Below are positions 10,041-19,644 of a DNA stretch of 64,000 bases, piece by piece. The stretch lies in NCBI GenBank assembly GCA_963832745.1, contig CAWHVC010000002.1:256001-320000 (forward strand). Reading direction: 5' to 3'. The notes under the pieces were generated by a model. It was not told the DNA's origin and did no database searches. It was given only the letters and a program-made list of their open reading frames with translations. Position 1 is the stretch's first letter; every line of letters begins with the position of its first letter. The translations under genes and the position numbers were made by a program. Origin of the DNA: Candidatus Bathyarchaeota archaeon. Its GTDB lineage: Archaea > Thermoproteota > Bathyarchaeia > Bathyarchaeales > Bathycorpusculaceae.

Positions 10041-10744
10041 CTGAAGAAAAGCAAAAGTATGCAATTGATTTCGTCAAAAAGACTCTTCCAGCTGATGCTG
10101 AAATACTCTTCTTAAGCTTGACTGGCAGTAGAGCATTTGGATGGGCCGATGGCGCTCAAGACTATGATGTTCATGGTGTCTTTCTATGTGATAACTATTG
10201 GGATTGGGTTCATTATGGAAAAAATATGTTTGATATTAATCTCTATGAGCTTCACCATATACAATCCGATATAGTTTGTTAGCATTTTGAGGAATTCATG
10301 AACTTTTCTAATCCATTCTATGTAAACCCCAAATTTGATTATGACGGATTGATGTCTTTTTGCACAAATGATAGTGTCAGACAAAAAGATGCTGATATAG
10401 AATCGCAGATAAACCGGTTTAAGTACGACGGATCACCAAGGACTGCTTTGCATGCCTACAGAATACTTATGGTGCCTTTGTATTTCATTGAAAATCGAAA
10501 GTTTAAGCTGAACATTTTTGAAATCAACGGACAGGACGCATTTGGTTTTTCTGAATTGAATAACTTAAAAGCTGCATATAATCTTGGGCATTCTAGTTAT
10601 AATAGAAAAAAAGTGCTTTCTGATTTAGAGTATTTGCACAATCTCTGCAAAGAAAAAATTGCTAAGTTACCTGCTGAAAAACCGGATATGGAGAAGGCTA
10701 AGATTTGGCTTAAAAATGTTAAGGGGGGTTTATTGCAAAAATGA
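10037..10744 (+). pseudogene. Pol-beta superfamily nucleotidyltransferase (YcgL/RlaP-like) with in-frame TAG at 10280-10282
   Basis: LTGSRAFG...DYDVHGVF (GS...DxD) motif; ORFs 10031 and 10298 share a frame (DIVC*HFEEFMNF); ATGA overlap with the upstream gene. Confidence 0.7.
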
Positions 10745-10971
10745 GTAACGAACTAAACCCTTATCAGGATATGTCACCAATGAACGGTAAATTAAATGTT
10801 GAAATGCAACGGCAAATCGCTACTTTGAACGCTCGGATTAACAATGCTACGTTAGCTTATGATGATTTGCTTAAAGAGATTAATTGCGTCTTTAAGATGA
10901 TGCTGAATACAATCGAAGTCCTGCAAAGGGAAGCTACTGAAATTAAGGCCAAGGCTCAGGATAAAGCCTGA
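10741..10971 (+). CDS. Small coiled-coil protein, last gene of the island operon
   Basis: ATGA overlap, G-rich RBS, heptad-like helix. Confidence 0.6.
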   Translation: MSNELNPYQDMSPMNGKLNVEMQRQIATLNARINNATLAYDDLLKEINCVFKMMLNTIEVLQREATEIKAKAQDKA

Positions 10972-11411
10972 ATCTTGGTCTGTTAATCTATTATACTTAT
11001 GTATTGTAAATTAAAAATTTGTCAATGGATGCTTTTTCTTAATTTTTATGAACATTTCTCAACACATTTTAAATATGCTTGGACAATTAACATGTTTTTA
11101 GAGCACACAAAAAAGTGTATGTGAGTTTCATGGCAGGTATAGTTTGGCAATTCAAGCCTTTTTGCCTTGTTAGTCACCTTAACAAGCGCCTCTGATTCCG
11201 CACACTCGAGTACCCAGCGAGCAGTGTCAACGGGTAGTATGCCGTGTATAGCTTGATAATTTTGGATTGCCAAGCAGCTACCGCCATCCTCCGCTCTTCC
11301 TGCATGCAAATTTTTTGTTTCAACTTATTTTTTACGTGTATATGAGCATGTTACATAATTTTATATTCAGATTCCACAGATGAACAAAGTCTTCAAGGAG
11401 GCGAAAAAACT

Positions 11412-11537
11412 TTGCTGAGTAGAGACTGCGACGGATGCGCCCAACTGCACATGTGCAGCGAACGATACCGCCGCGTAAACAAAAACGAAAAGGTTTACTG
11501 CCCAGACGGAACAGCCCACCTAGTAGACCAAAACTAA
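11412..11537 (+). CDS. 41-aa Cys/His small protein (putative zinc finger), absent from the ORF track
   Basis: AAGGAGG RBS then TTG; MLSRDCDGCAQLHMCSERYRRVNKNEKVYCPDGTAHLVDQN*. Confidence 0.6.
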   Translation: MLSRDCDGCAQLHMCSERYRRVNKNEKVYCPDGTAHLVDQN

Positions 11538-11555
11538 CCGCTATTTTCCAATTTT

Positions 11556-13062
11556 TTAAAATAACTTATGCATTGTTTTCGCTGTTTTTGTTTTTTTTCG
11601 TCGAAAGACCATAATTATTAATATGATAATTATGCTTGCAGCAACTACCGCGGCTATCCAAAGGGGCGGTTGATATGACAATTCTTTTGCTTCGTTTTGG
11701 ATTAAGCCCTGATTTGTTACGGTTATGGTGCCGCCGGATGTTTGGTCAAAAACAGTTGTTTCGCCCCCCAAGTTCATGAGGGTTTGCGCATCGACGTTTT
11801 CTATGAAAGAAGTTGTAAATGAAATGTTTGCCATATTGTTAAACACGATTTTCGCTGCTTCGCTACTTGTTTTTATCATCCATTCGTCAGGCGTAGATTG
11901 ATTTGCTGTTTAGTATGTTCATGTTTGCGTTACTTGTGAATTGAGTATTGGTGATGTCTAAATTACCGTTGTTTGCCATGTTGTGTATGTTGCTGACGTT
12001 GCAGTTTGTGAATGAGAGGTTGCCGGCGGTGTTGAAGCTGTTTATGTCTAACAGTTTGGTGCTGATGAATGTAGCTGTGCCTGCATTATTGTAGTTGTTC
12101 AGGTTTGTGATTGTACAGTTAGTCATTGTCTCGGCACCGTTAGTGTTGTAATTTCCGATGCCGCTGAAATTGCAATCATCCATTGTGTTTTCTATTCCGT
12201 AATCGCTGTAGATTATGTTGGCTGATGTACTTTCTATTATGCTGTTTTTCCAAGTTGCTTGCCCTGTTAAGATGCTGATGCTTGCGGTTTTTCCGTGTGA
12301 TGCTCCTGAGGCCGAAAAACCGCCTGAATCCACCGTTAATGTGCCGTATTGGCTGTTTAAGTTTATTGTTCCGCCATAATTGGCGTCCATTATGCAATGG
12401 GTAAGTTGGAGGTTGCCTTTGTTTGCAATGTTTTGTATTCCCCTGGCTCCGTTCGCGGTGAAGCCGGTGTTTGTTAGGGTTGCATCTTTGTTGTTTGTAA
12501 AGAATGTGCCGTCAAATTGGTCTTTAAGCTGCCAATTGTCCGCGTTTAGGGTGCCGTCATTGGTGATGTAGGCGACTCCCCCGTAAACGTTGATTCCCGC
12601 ATTTTTTACGATGAGGGTCTCGGTGTTGATTATGTGTAGTGTTGAGTTGCCTGATAGGTTGATGTTTTCGTCTTGAATAGTTAAGGTTCCTTTGTTTAGT
12701 ATGGTTAAGTTGGCTTGGGTGCATTGGATTTCTGCTTTTATGGTTAATTCGCCGTTGTTTATGATTTCTAACAGGGTTTTTTGGTTGTTTGTTCCTTGGA
12801 CGTTAATGTTGTGTTCAAGATTGCTTTTTTCGTTTGCCTCAATGGTTACTGTTGTGTTAGAAGTGATTGAATCGTTCATGTCTGATAAAATTTCGTTAGC
12901 TTGAGTAGTTTCAACAATAGAAATAGTTAAAATTATTATGATTAATGCACAAATTACCCTGTTTTTGTTCAATTTGAAATGCCTTCTCCCTTGAGGTTTT
13001 ATTATGTTTTGAGTGTTTATTTGTTTTTTGGGCTGGTTAATCACCGGTTGCTTGGGAAACAT
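11556..13062 (-). pseudogene. Asn/Thr/Gly-rich beta-helix-like surface protein with N-terminal hydrophobic segment and C-terminal TM anchor; one frameshift near 11890
   Basis: NxGxL-type repeats; removing one base reads IYADEWMIKT, parallel to internal NADNWQLK, and fuses ORFs 11887..13062 and 11556..11879. Confidence 0.65.
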
Positions 13063-13086
13063 AAAAATTAAAGACTACATGATTGT

Positions 13087-13644
13087 TTGTTAGTATTCTC
13101 TGGTGAATTACAATTGGATAAAGCTGATTATTTAATTTGGAGCCGCAAATACGACAAAGCCTACGGTTTTCTAGCACAGCGCGAACGAGAGTTAGGTTCC
13201 AAGTTTCGAAAAAAGAAAATGATGACTAAAGCGGATTTGGCAGCGATTGTTGAATGGAAATTCAAAGATGAACCTGACAAGAAGATGCATGCTTTAGAGT
13301 TGGTAGAACGAAATAGTGAGGAAGCGGTGGAACGTATTTCGAGTCAAGTTTTCAACCTGCCTGCAGGCGATGACGTTTACCGTATGAATTGCTTAACAAC
13401 CCTTGAAGGTGTTAACCCAGTGCTTGCAAGCATAATTTTGGCCTTCTTTGACCCTAAAATTTATGGAATTTTTGATGCTCGTGTTTGGAAACCAGTGCTT
13501 GGTAATGCTCCTTCTGGTCTGTTAACTACCTCGAATTATCGGACCTTATTGTTAGCTCTTCGAAAGACGGCTGCTAAACATAATTTAGACGTTAGAGTAA
13601 TTGATAAGGCGCTTTACAAGAAAAGTTTGGATGCGTCCAGTTAA
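13087..13644 (+). CDS. HhH-superfamily (DNA glycosylase-like) hypothetical protein
   Basis: LTTLEGVNPVLASIIL...P..YGIFDARV resembles a helix-hairpin-helix followed by the conserved Asp. Confidence 0.55.
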   Translation: MLVFSGELQLDKADYLIWSRKYDKAYGFLAQRERELGSKFRKKKMMTKADLAAIVEWKFKDEPDKKMHALELVERNSEEAVERISSQVFNLPAGDDVYRMNCLTTLEGVNPVLASIILAFFDPKIYGIFDARVWKPVLGNAPSGLLTTSNYRTLLLALRKTAAKHNLDVRVIDKALYKKSLDASS

Positions 13645-13685
13645 GGAAAAAGGAATTTAAAAATTGTTAAAGAAATTGATTGTTT

Positions 13686-13994
13686 TTAGATTAGTTCTAT
13701 GGTTACGTGTACTTCTTCTGGTACGCGTATGCGCATGATGCGTCTCATGACCCGTTCTTCTGAGTCAATATCGATTAAGCGTTTGTGAATGCGCATTTCC
13801 CATCTGTCCCATGTGGCTGTGCCTTCGCCGCAGGGTGTTTTCAGAACTGGAACACGTAGGCGTTTTGTTGGTAGTGGTACTGGACCGTTGATTTTTACGC
13901 CTGTTTTTGTAGCTATGCTTTTGAGTTCCTCACACACTTCTTCAAGTTTACCGTAATCGGTGCTTGTGAGGCGTATTCGTGCTTTTCTTACCAT
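13686..13994 (-). CDS. rps10p: 30S ribosomal protein S10 (uS10)
   Basis: [34 protein letters not shown]. Confidence 0.97.
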   Translation of the reverse strand: MVRKARIRLTSTDYGKLEEVCEELKSIATKTGVKINGPVPLPTKRLRVPVLKTPCGEGTATWDRWEMRIHKRLIDIDSEERVMRRIMRIRVPEEVHVTIELI

Positions 13995-14190
13995 TTTTGA
14001 ACGTCAATCCCGCTTTGTTGCAATCCTTAGACACAAAAGCGGAACATAAAAACCTATCGTAACACAAGGATGATGTTATGGCGTAGATTTTGGGTTATTT
14101 CGCTATTGTGGATACATTTTTTGGGTTTAATTTTATGTCTAACGGCTTGTTGGCGAGGGTTTGACAGTTTTGTACATGTTTTAGCTTGCT

Positions 14191-14255
14191 TTTGAACCAT
14201 TAGGCACCTACCCCCTATAGGTTTTCTGCATAGATGGGTATTAGGATCCAAATAG
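14191..14255 (-). repeat. Dispersed intergenic repeat, copy A
   Basis: Reverse complement reads CTATTTGGATCCTAATACCCATCTATGCAGAAAACCTATAGGGGGTAGGTGCCTAATGGTTCAAA, matching copies B-D. Confidence 0.8.
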
Positions 14256-14314
14256 TTTGCTCAAAAATTTAACGTAAATTCGACAAAATAAAAAGAAGCA
14301 AAAAAGAAAAGAGT

Positions 14315-15370
14315 TTACTCTTTCTTTTGTTTGTTGGGACGTAGTGAACGTACGGTTGCGCCTGCACGCCACAATTCGCTGTTGCCCATGGCTTTTAGTT
14401 CGTCTGAGAGTTTCTGTTTATAGTTTTCTTCTTTGCTGCGTTCTAGGACAATGCGTGATTCTTCGCCTGCCGCTGTAAGCTCATAGAGTGAGTCAAACAC
14501 TGGTTTTGTTGCGCTGCGGAAGCGTTCTTTCCAGCGGAGTGCGCCGATGCGTGCGGTTTCACTGCAGTTGTTGTACATCCAGTCCATGCCGTTTTCGTCG
14601 ACGAGGCGGATGAGGCTTTGTGTGAGTTCTTCGACTGTTTCGTTGAATGCTTCGCTTGGGCTGTGTCCGTGCTCGCGTAGGGTTGCGTATTGGGCTTCAA
14701 TTATGCCTGCGAGTGCACCCATTAGGGTTCCGCGTTCGCCTGTTAGGTCACTGTATGTTTCTTTTTCAAAGGTTGTTGGGAACAGGTAACCGCTGCCGAT
14801 TGCGATTCCCATGGCTTTTGCGCGTATTTCTGCTTTGCCTGTTGCGTCTTGGAATATTGCAAAGCTGCTATTGATGCCGCTGCCGTCAAGGAAGTTTCTG
14901 CGGACACTGGTGCCACTGCCTTTTGGAGCGACCAGTATAACGTCTATGTCTGCTGGCGGGATAACGCCTGTCTGTTCTTTAAATACGACGCTGAAGCCGT
15001 GGCTGACGTAAAGGGCGTCTCCTTTCTTGAATGAAGTTTTGACTTTGGGCCATTCTTCTTTTTGGCCTGCGTCTGTGAGTAGGAACATTTTGATTGTTCC
15101 ACGTTTTGCGGCTTCTTCTACAGTGAACAGGGTTTCGCCTGGAACCCAGCCGTCTTTAACTGCAAGGTCCCATGTTTTTGAGCCTTGCCTTTGACCAACA
15201 ATTACTTTGATGCCTTGGTCGCGCATGTTTAACGCTTGTGAGCGCCCCTGGATACCGTAGCCAAGGGTTGCGATGACTTCGTTTTGTAGGATTTTTTGTG
15301 CTTGTTCAACAGTGAACTCTTTTCGTGTGACAACGTTTTCTTTAACGCCGCCAAAATCCAATTCGACCAT
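14315..15370 (-). CDS. ilvC: Ketol-acid reductoisomerase
   Basis: GYGIQG, SHGFS, APKGSG, SDLTGERG, PSEAFNET motifs. Confidence 0.95.
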   Translation of the reverse strand: MVELDFGGVKENVVTRKEFTVEQAQKILQNEVIATLGYGIQGRSQALNMRDQGIKVIVGQRQGSKTWDLAVKDGWVPGETLFTVEEAAKRGTIKMFLLTDAGQKEEWPKVKTSFKKGDALYVSHGFSVVFKEQTGVIPPADIDVILVAPKGSGTSVRRNFLDGSGINSSFAIFQDATGKAEIRAKAMGIAIGSGYLFPTTFEKETYSDLTGERGTLMGALAGIIEAQYATLREHGHSPSEAFNETVEELTQSLIRLVDENGMDWMYNNCSETARIGALRWKERFRSATKPVFDSLYELTAAGEESRIVLERSKEENYKQKLSDELKAMGNSELWRAGATVRSLRPNKQKKE

Positions 15371-15458
15371 TAATGATTCCTCGTTAACCTTTTTCTACAA
15401 TTTTGAAGAGAACGCAGTAAATAAGAATTTTCCCTGAAAAATCTGGACAGGCACTTGA

Positions 15459-15947
15459 TTACTCTTTAAGTTGCAGCCATAAATTAATTATCCATGCTTC
15501 AGGTGAGGTTTCTTGCTGCCAGTTAACGATTTCTTCAAACCCTGCAGTTACCCAACCGTAGACTCGCCTGATTACGCCTGCCTGCTTGTAACCAGCAGAT
15601 TCTACCATGCTAAACAGTGCCTTCCAGCCTTGCGGGATTTCAGCGATGCCTTTAACGCGCAATGATGCGTAGAGGCCTTCGGGTATGTTTCGGATTACTA
15701 CTTCGCTTGATGATTTAACGTCTTCTTTAATGGTTAGGTAGTATTCGTAACCGTGGGGTTCAGGTTGGTCTGTGGGGTAAAAGTTTCTTCCAAACAACCG
15801 CACGCCCGATTTATCAGTTAAGCCATTGTTTTTGGCATATTCAAAAATTTTGTCGAATGCATCCTCTTCAGGATTTTCGGCTTGTGATTGCACGTTCGCT
15901 GCCCGTATCATTTTGAATCGTTCCATCTTTAATTCTACGCTAACCAC
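15459..15947 (-). CDS. GyrI-like/AraC effector-binding domain protein
   Basis: NPEEDAF...RLFG...GYEYY...EGLYA pattern; GTG start at 15947 follows a GAGGCG RBS (track ORF is over-extended). Confidence 0.7.
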   Translation of the reverse strand: MVSVELKMERFKMIRAANVQSQAENPEEDAFDKIFEYAKNNGLTDKSGVRLFGRNFYPTDQPEPHGYEYYLTIKEDVKSSSEVVIRNIPEGLYASLRVKGIAEIPQGWKALFSMVESAGYKQAGVIRRVYGWVTAGFEEIVNWQQETSPEAWIINLWLQLKE

Positions 15948-16062
15948 ACATTTCGCCTCAGCAGATAACAGAAATCTTTGCATTAAACATAAATAAATTT
16001 TATTCCAAATCACGTTTTCTGCTACAAAAAAGCTAATTAGCATTTTGCAGATAATACAAAAT

Positions 16063-16551
16063 ATGGCCAATACCCAGTTTAAAGTTGACCTGATTGCACC
16101 CTGCGGCATGAACTGCGGTGTCTGTAAAGCGTACCTTGCCTACTCACGTAATGTTCCATACAAGAAGGGCAAAGTATACCATTGCCCAGGCTGTAGAGTA
16201 CGCGACAAAAATTGTGCCTTTATCAAACGTGATTGCCACAGAAAAGTTGGCAAACAACTAACATTCTGTTTTGAATGCACTGACATGCCCTGCAAAAGAT
16301 TAGTCAAACTAGACGAGCTTTACCGTGCACGTTATGGAATGAGTATGGTTGAAAACTTAAAAATAATAAAAGAAAAAGGAATAAGTGAATTCATTAGAAG
16401 TCAAACAGAAAAATATCGATGCCCAAGTTGTGGCGACGTGGTTTCTGTGCATGATGGGAAATGTTACGCTTGCGGCTTTCAAGGTGAAAAACCAAAAGGC
16501 ACAAATCCTAAACACCGATGGGTACCCAACAAAAAACAAGCGAAAACCTAA
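16063..16551 (+). CDS. DUF3795-type Cys-rich protein
   Basis: APCGMNCGVC, CPGCR, FCFECTDMPC, CPSCG...CYAC. Confidence 0.8.
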   Translation: MANTQFKVDLIAPCGMNCGVCKAYLAYSRNVPYKKGKVYHCPGCRVRDKNCAFIKRDCHRKVGKQLTFCFECTDMPCKRLVKLDELYRARYGMSMVENLKIIKEKGISEFIRSQTEKYRCPSCGDVVSVHDGKCYACGFQGEKPKGTNPKHRWVPNKKQAKT

Positions 16552-16641
16552 ACCATAAGAAACCTGAGATTTTTTGAGTTTGTCTTCTTGGTTGATATAA
16601 AAGCTTTTAGGCAATTAACACATCTTTAGCTTTGACCAACA

Positions 16642-17049
16642 ATGTCAAAAATTGTCCGTGTAGGCGTAACGTTTCCACCTGACTTGCTTAAGGATTTTGA
16701 CGAAATAATAAACACAATGGGTTATGAAAGCCGAAGCAAAGCCATCCAGGACTCAGTGAGGCTGTTTGTTTCTGAACGTAAATGGCTAAAAGAAGAAGAC
16801 GCAAACCAAACTGGCGTAATCCTAATGGTTTATGACCATGATGTCCGCAATCTGGAAAGCGACCTGACAGACTCTCAGCATCATCACTCTGACTTAATCT
16901 CATCAACTATGCACATACATCTTGGCGAACATGACTGCCTTGAAGTAATAGCTGTAAAAGGAAAAGGTTCAGAAATAAGGCACTTAAGCGATGAACTTGC
17001 AACAAGAAGAGGAGTAAAAATCCTCAAAGCAATGATAGTAAACGTCTAA
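16642..17049 (+). CDS. nikR: Nickel-responsive regulator (RHH + ACT)
   Basis: RVGVTF...GYESRSKAIQD; YDH, MHIHL..HDCLEVI. Confidence 0.9.
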   Translation: MSKIVRVGVTFPPDLLKDFDEIINTMGYESRSKAIQDSVRLFVSERKWLKEEDANQTGVILMVYDHDVRNLESDLTDSQHHHSDLISSTMHIHLGEHDCLEVIAVKGKGSEIRHLSDELATRRGVKILKAMIVNV

Positions 17050-17056
17050 AGACGTT

Positions 17057-17968
17057 TTAGCTTTTTACTTCAAACATCCTTTCTAATGAAGCCCGCGCCT
17101 TCTTTGCAACAGGTTCGGGTATCTTTATCTGATGCTTTTCCTCTTTCAATGAAGCATAAATCCTCTCAAGCGTTGTTAGCTTCATGTTGGGGCAAATTGC
17201 GCCGTCATATGCAATGATGAATTCTTTGTCGGGGTTTTCCTTTTTGAGTCGATGCATGATGCCGTCTTCGGTGCCGACGATGAATTTTTTAGCACTGGAT
17301 TCTTTGACGTACTTACACATTTTTGAAGTACTGCCGATAAAGTCAGCAACTTTGCGGGTTTCGTAGCTGCATTCTGGATGAACCATAACAAGCGCATCTG
17401 GATGCTGCATCTTTAAAACCGCAATGTCCTCAGGCTGGAACAGCAGATGTGTTGGGCAGAATCCCCATTCTGGAATTGGAATAATTTTTTTGCCAGTTTT
17501 TTCAGCAACGTATTCGCCTAGGTTGCGGTCGGGGCCAAACAGGATGGTGTCAGCGTTAAGGGATTCAACTACTTGAACAGCGTTGGCGGAGGTGCAGCAT
17601 ACGTCACTGCAGGCTTTTGCAGCAGCCAAAGTATTTACATAAACTACTACAGGCGCATTCGGATACAGGGCTTTGACGCGTTTTATTTCGTCAACTGTTA
17701 ACATTTGAGCCATTGGGCAACGTGCGCCAGTACAAGGTAAGAGAACCTTTTTTTGCGGATTCAAAATGGCAGCTGATTCAGCCATAAAATCCACGGCTGA
17801 GAAAACAATCAGTTCAGCATCCTTTTCTTGCATGGCTTTGCGGCTAAGCTCAATGCTGTCGCCGACGTAGTCTGCTATTTCTTGGACTTCTGGACGCTCG
17901 TAGTTGTGTGCAAGAATTATTGCTTTTTTCTCTTTTTTAAGGTCAAGGATTTTCTGCGTTAAATCCAT
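17057..17968 (-). CDS. nadA: Quinolinate synthase
   Basis: LAHNY, GDS, FMAESA, CPMA, YVNT, CCTSAN, HPEC, CPNMK. Confidence 0.95.
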   Translation of the reverse strand: MDLTQKILDLKKEKKAIILAHNYERPEVQEIADYVGDSIELSRKAMQEKDAELIVFSAVDFMAESAAILNPQKKVLLPCTGARCPMAQMLTVDEIKRVKALYPNAPVVVYVNTLAAAKACSDVCCTSANAVQVVESLNADTILFGPDRNLGEYVAEKTGKKIIPIPEWGFCPTHLLFQPEDIAVLKMQHPDALVMVHPECSYETRKVADFIGSTSKMCKYVKESSAKKFIVGTEDGIMHRLKKENPDKEFIIAYDGAICPNMKLTTLERIYASLKEEKHQIKIPEPVAKKARASLERMFEVKS

Positions 17969-18206
17969 ATTCTGCGCCTTACAACTAATGATAAAAAAAT
18001 ACAAGGATTAATTACAAGATATAATCTTTACCCCTTCAAAAGCCTTTTTTGACATAATGCTCAAAAAATTGGCTTAAGCAACCCCTAACAGTTGGTAAAA
18101 AGCTCCAAATTCACAATAGAGGTCATAATAAGCCGTAAAAAGACGGTTTTTTAAGCAATAAGATTTTAAACGTTAAAGCAAGGATTGATTTTTAGGAATT
18201 AACCAA

Positions 18207-18926
18207 ATGCAGATTAAAGCAGTACTGTTTGACATGTTTGATACTTTAGCGTTAATTGACAACGACTACGAATTCTACAATCATGCAGTAGTCCGAATGC
18301 ACAAATACTTAACAGAACAAGGGGTAAACGTGGCTTTTGAGCCGTTTCGTGACGCCTACATTAAAGCACGTGATGAAATCTATGCTGCTGCAGACAAGAA
18401 CCTTGAAGAACCCCACTTCAACGTAAGAATACAAAATGCCCTACAACTTTTAGGCATCAATATTGACGCTTCAAACCCAACTGTAACTGGGGCAACATGG
18501 GAGTTTTGCCAAGAATTCCTTAACCACGTAAAAATCGACGAAAACGCCGCTAAAGTCCTGCAAAGCTTATACGGCAAATATAAACTGGGAATAATCTCTA
18601 ACTTTGCAATCCCCGAAGGAGTATACCATTTTCTGAAAGCAAACAAAATAAACGATTTGCTTGATTTGGTTGTAATTTCTGGTGAAGTGAATAAGCGCAA
18701 GCCTAGCCCAGAAATTTTTAAAAGTGCACTTAAAATGTTGGGTTTGTCGTCTGATGAGGCGGTTTTTGTTGGTGATACGGCAGATGCTGATGTTGCGGGG
18801 GCTCATGCTGTTGGTATGAAGGTGGTTTATATTAAGAGGCGTTTTGAGCAGACTCTTGAAAGGTTTACGCCGGATGTGGTTATTGATAGTTTGGCTGAGC
18901 TGCCGTCTGTTCTTAAAGGCATATAG
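18207..18926 (+). CDS. HAD-superfamily hydrolase
   Basis: FDMFDTL, ISN, KP.PEIF, VGD...DV.GA. Confidence 0.9.
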   Translation: MQIKAVLFDMFDTLALIDNDYEFYNHAVVRMHKYLTEQGVNVAFEPFRDAYIKARDEIYAAADKNLEEPHFNVRIQNALQLLGINIDASNPTVTGATWEFCQEFLNHVKIDENAAKVLQSLYGKYKLGIISNFAIPEGVYHFLKANKINDLLDLVVISGEVNKRKPSPEIFKSALKMLGLSSDEAVFVGDTADADVAGAHAVGMKVVYIKRRFEQTLERFTPDVVIDSLAELPSVLKGI

Positions 18927-19035
18927 TGGCAACGGGTTTTTTGGCTGTATTTTTGTTGTTTTTATCGACAACAAACGGTAATACTTATATTACGATTCAA
19001 TATTCAAGCAATTGTCAAACAAAAGAGGGCTCAAA

Positions 19036-19152
19036 ATGGAAAATAAAACAGAAATCCAATTCCAAATAATAAAAGCAATGCTTGACGAGTTCCCAGAATT
19101 AAAACAAAAAGTACGAGAATACTTTGGCGAAGTTTTAGTTTCTGCGTACTAA
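19036..19152 (+). CDS. Possible 38-aa small protein
   Basis: GAGGG upstream of ATG; MENKTEIQFQIIKAMLDEFPELKQKVREYFGEVLVSAY*; overlaps the end of the convergent wHTH gene. Confidence 0.35.
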   Translation: MENKTEIQFQIIKAMLDEFPELKQKVREYFGEVLVSAY

Positions 19153-19473
19153 GAGTTTTTTGGGCATTTTAACGCCATTCTTGCCGGTCTCGCAACCATT
19201 TATCAACTCAACAAGTTCACCGTGTCTTTCAAGAAAGTTAAGACCTTTCTGGGTTGCACCGTAGACTTCTCTTCCAGATTCAGCGAATTTTTCAAGCAAA
19301 TCAGTACTTGACATGAAGGATAAGTATTCTCCGAGTTGTGTAAAGCTAAGGTTTGCTTTGTACATAATTTGTGTTTTTAAAGCGCCATCTTTGGCGATGC
19401 CGATTATTTCTGCGATTATGCTTAGTTTGTCTCTTCTTTTTGATTTTTCTTCAAGAGAGATAAAGGGGTTCAT
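19135..19473 (-). CDS. Winged-helix regulator (ArnR1-like/HTH_45)
   Basis: RRDKLSIIAEI...KTQIMYKANLS...Y..TQKG..FL. Confidence 0.85.
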   Translation of the reverse strand: MNPFISLEEKSKRRDKLSIIAEIIGIAKDGALKTQIMYKANLSFTQLGEYLSFMSSTDLLEKFAESGREVYGATQKGLNFLERHGELVELINGCETGKNGVKMPKKLLVRRN

Positions 19474-19644
19474 TTTTCTGTTTTCCTCTTTCAGATTATT
19501 GTTCTATATGCTTCTTCCTCAAAGTCAATATTAAGTCCTGTTTCATACGACAAAATATTCCCAAATCGGAATACCAAAAAAGCGCCAAAACAAAAAACGA
19601 AAAACCTTAACTTCACCCACAACAACACCAACAAGTGATAAGTT

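Noticed and set aside
11046-11309. 87-aa minus-strand ORF as a real gene
   Set aside because: No RBS or recognisable motif; possibly a decayed fragment
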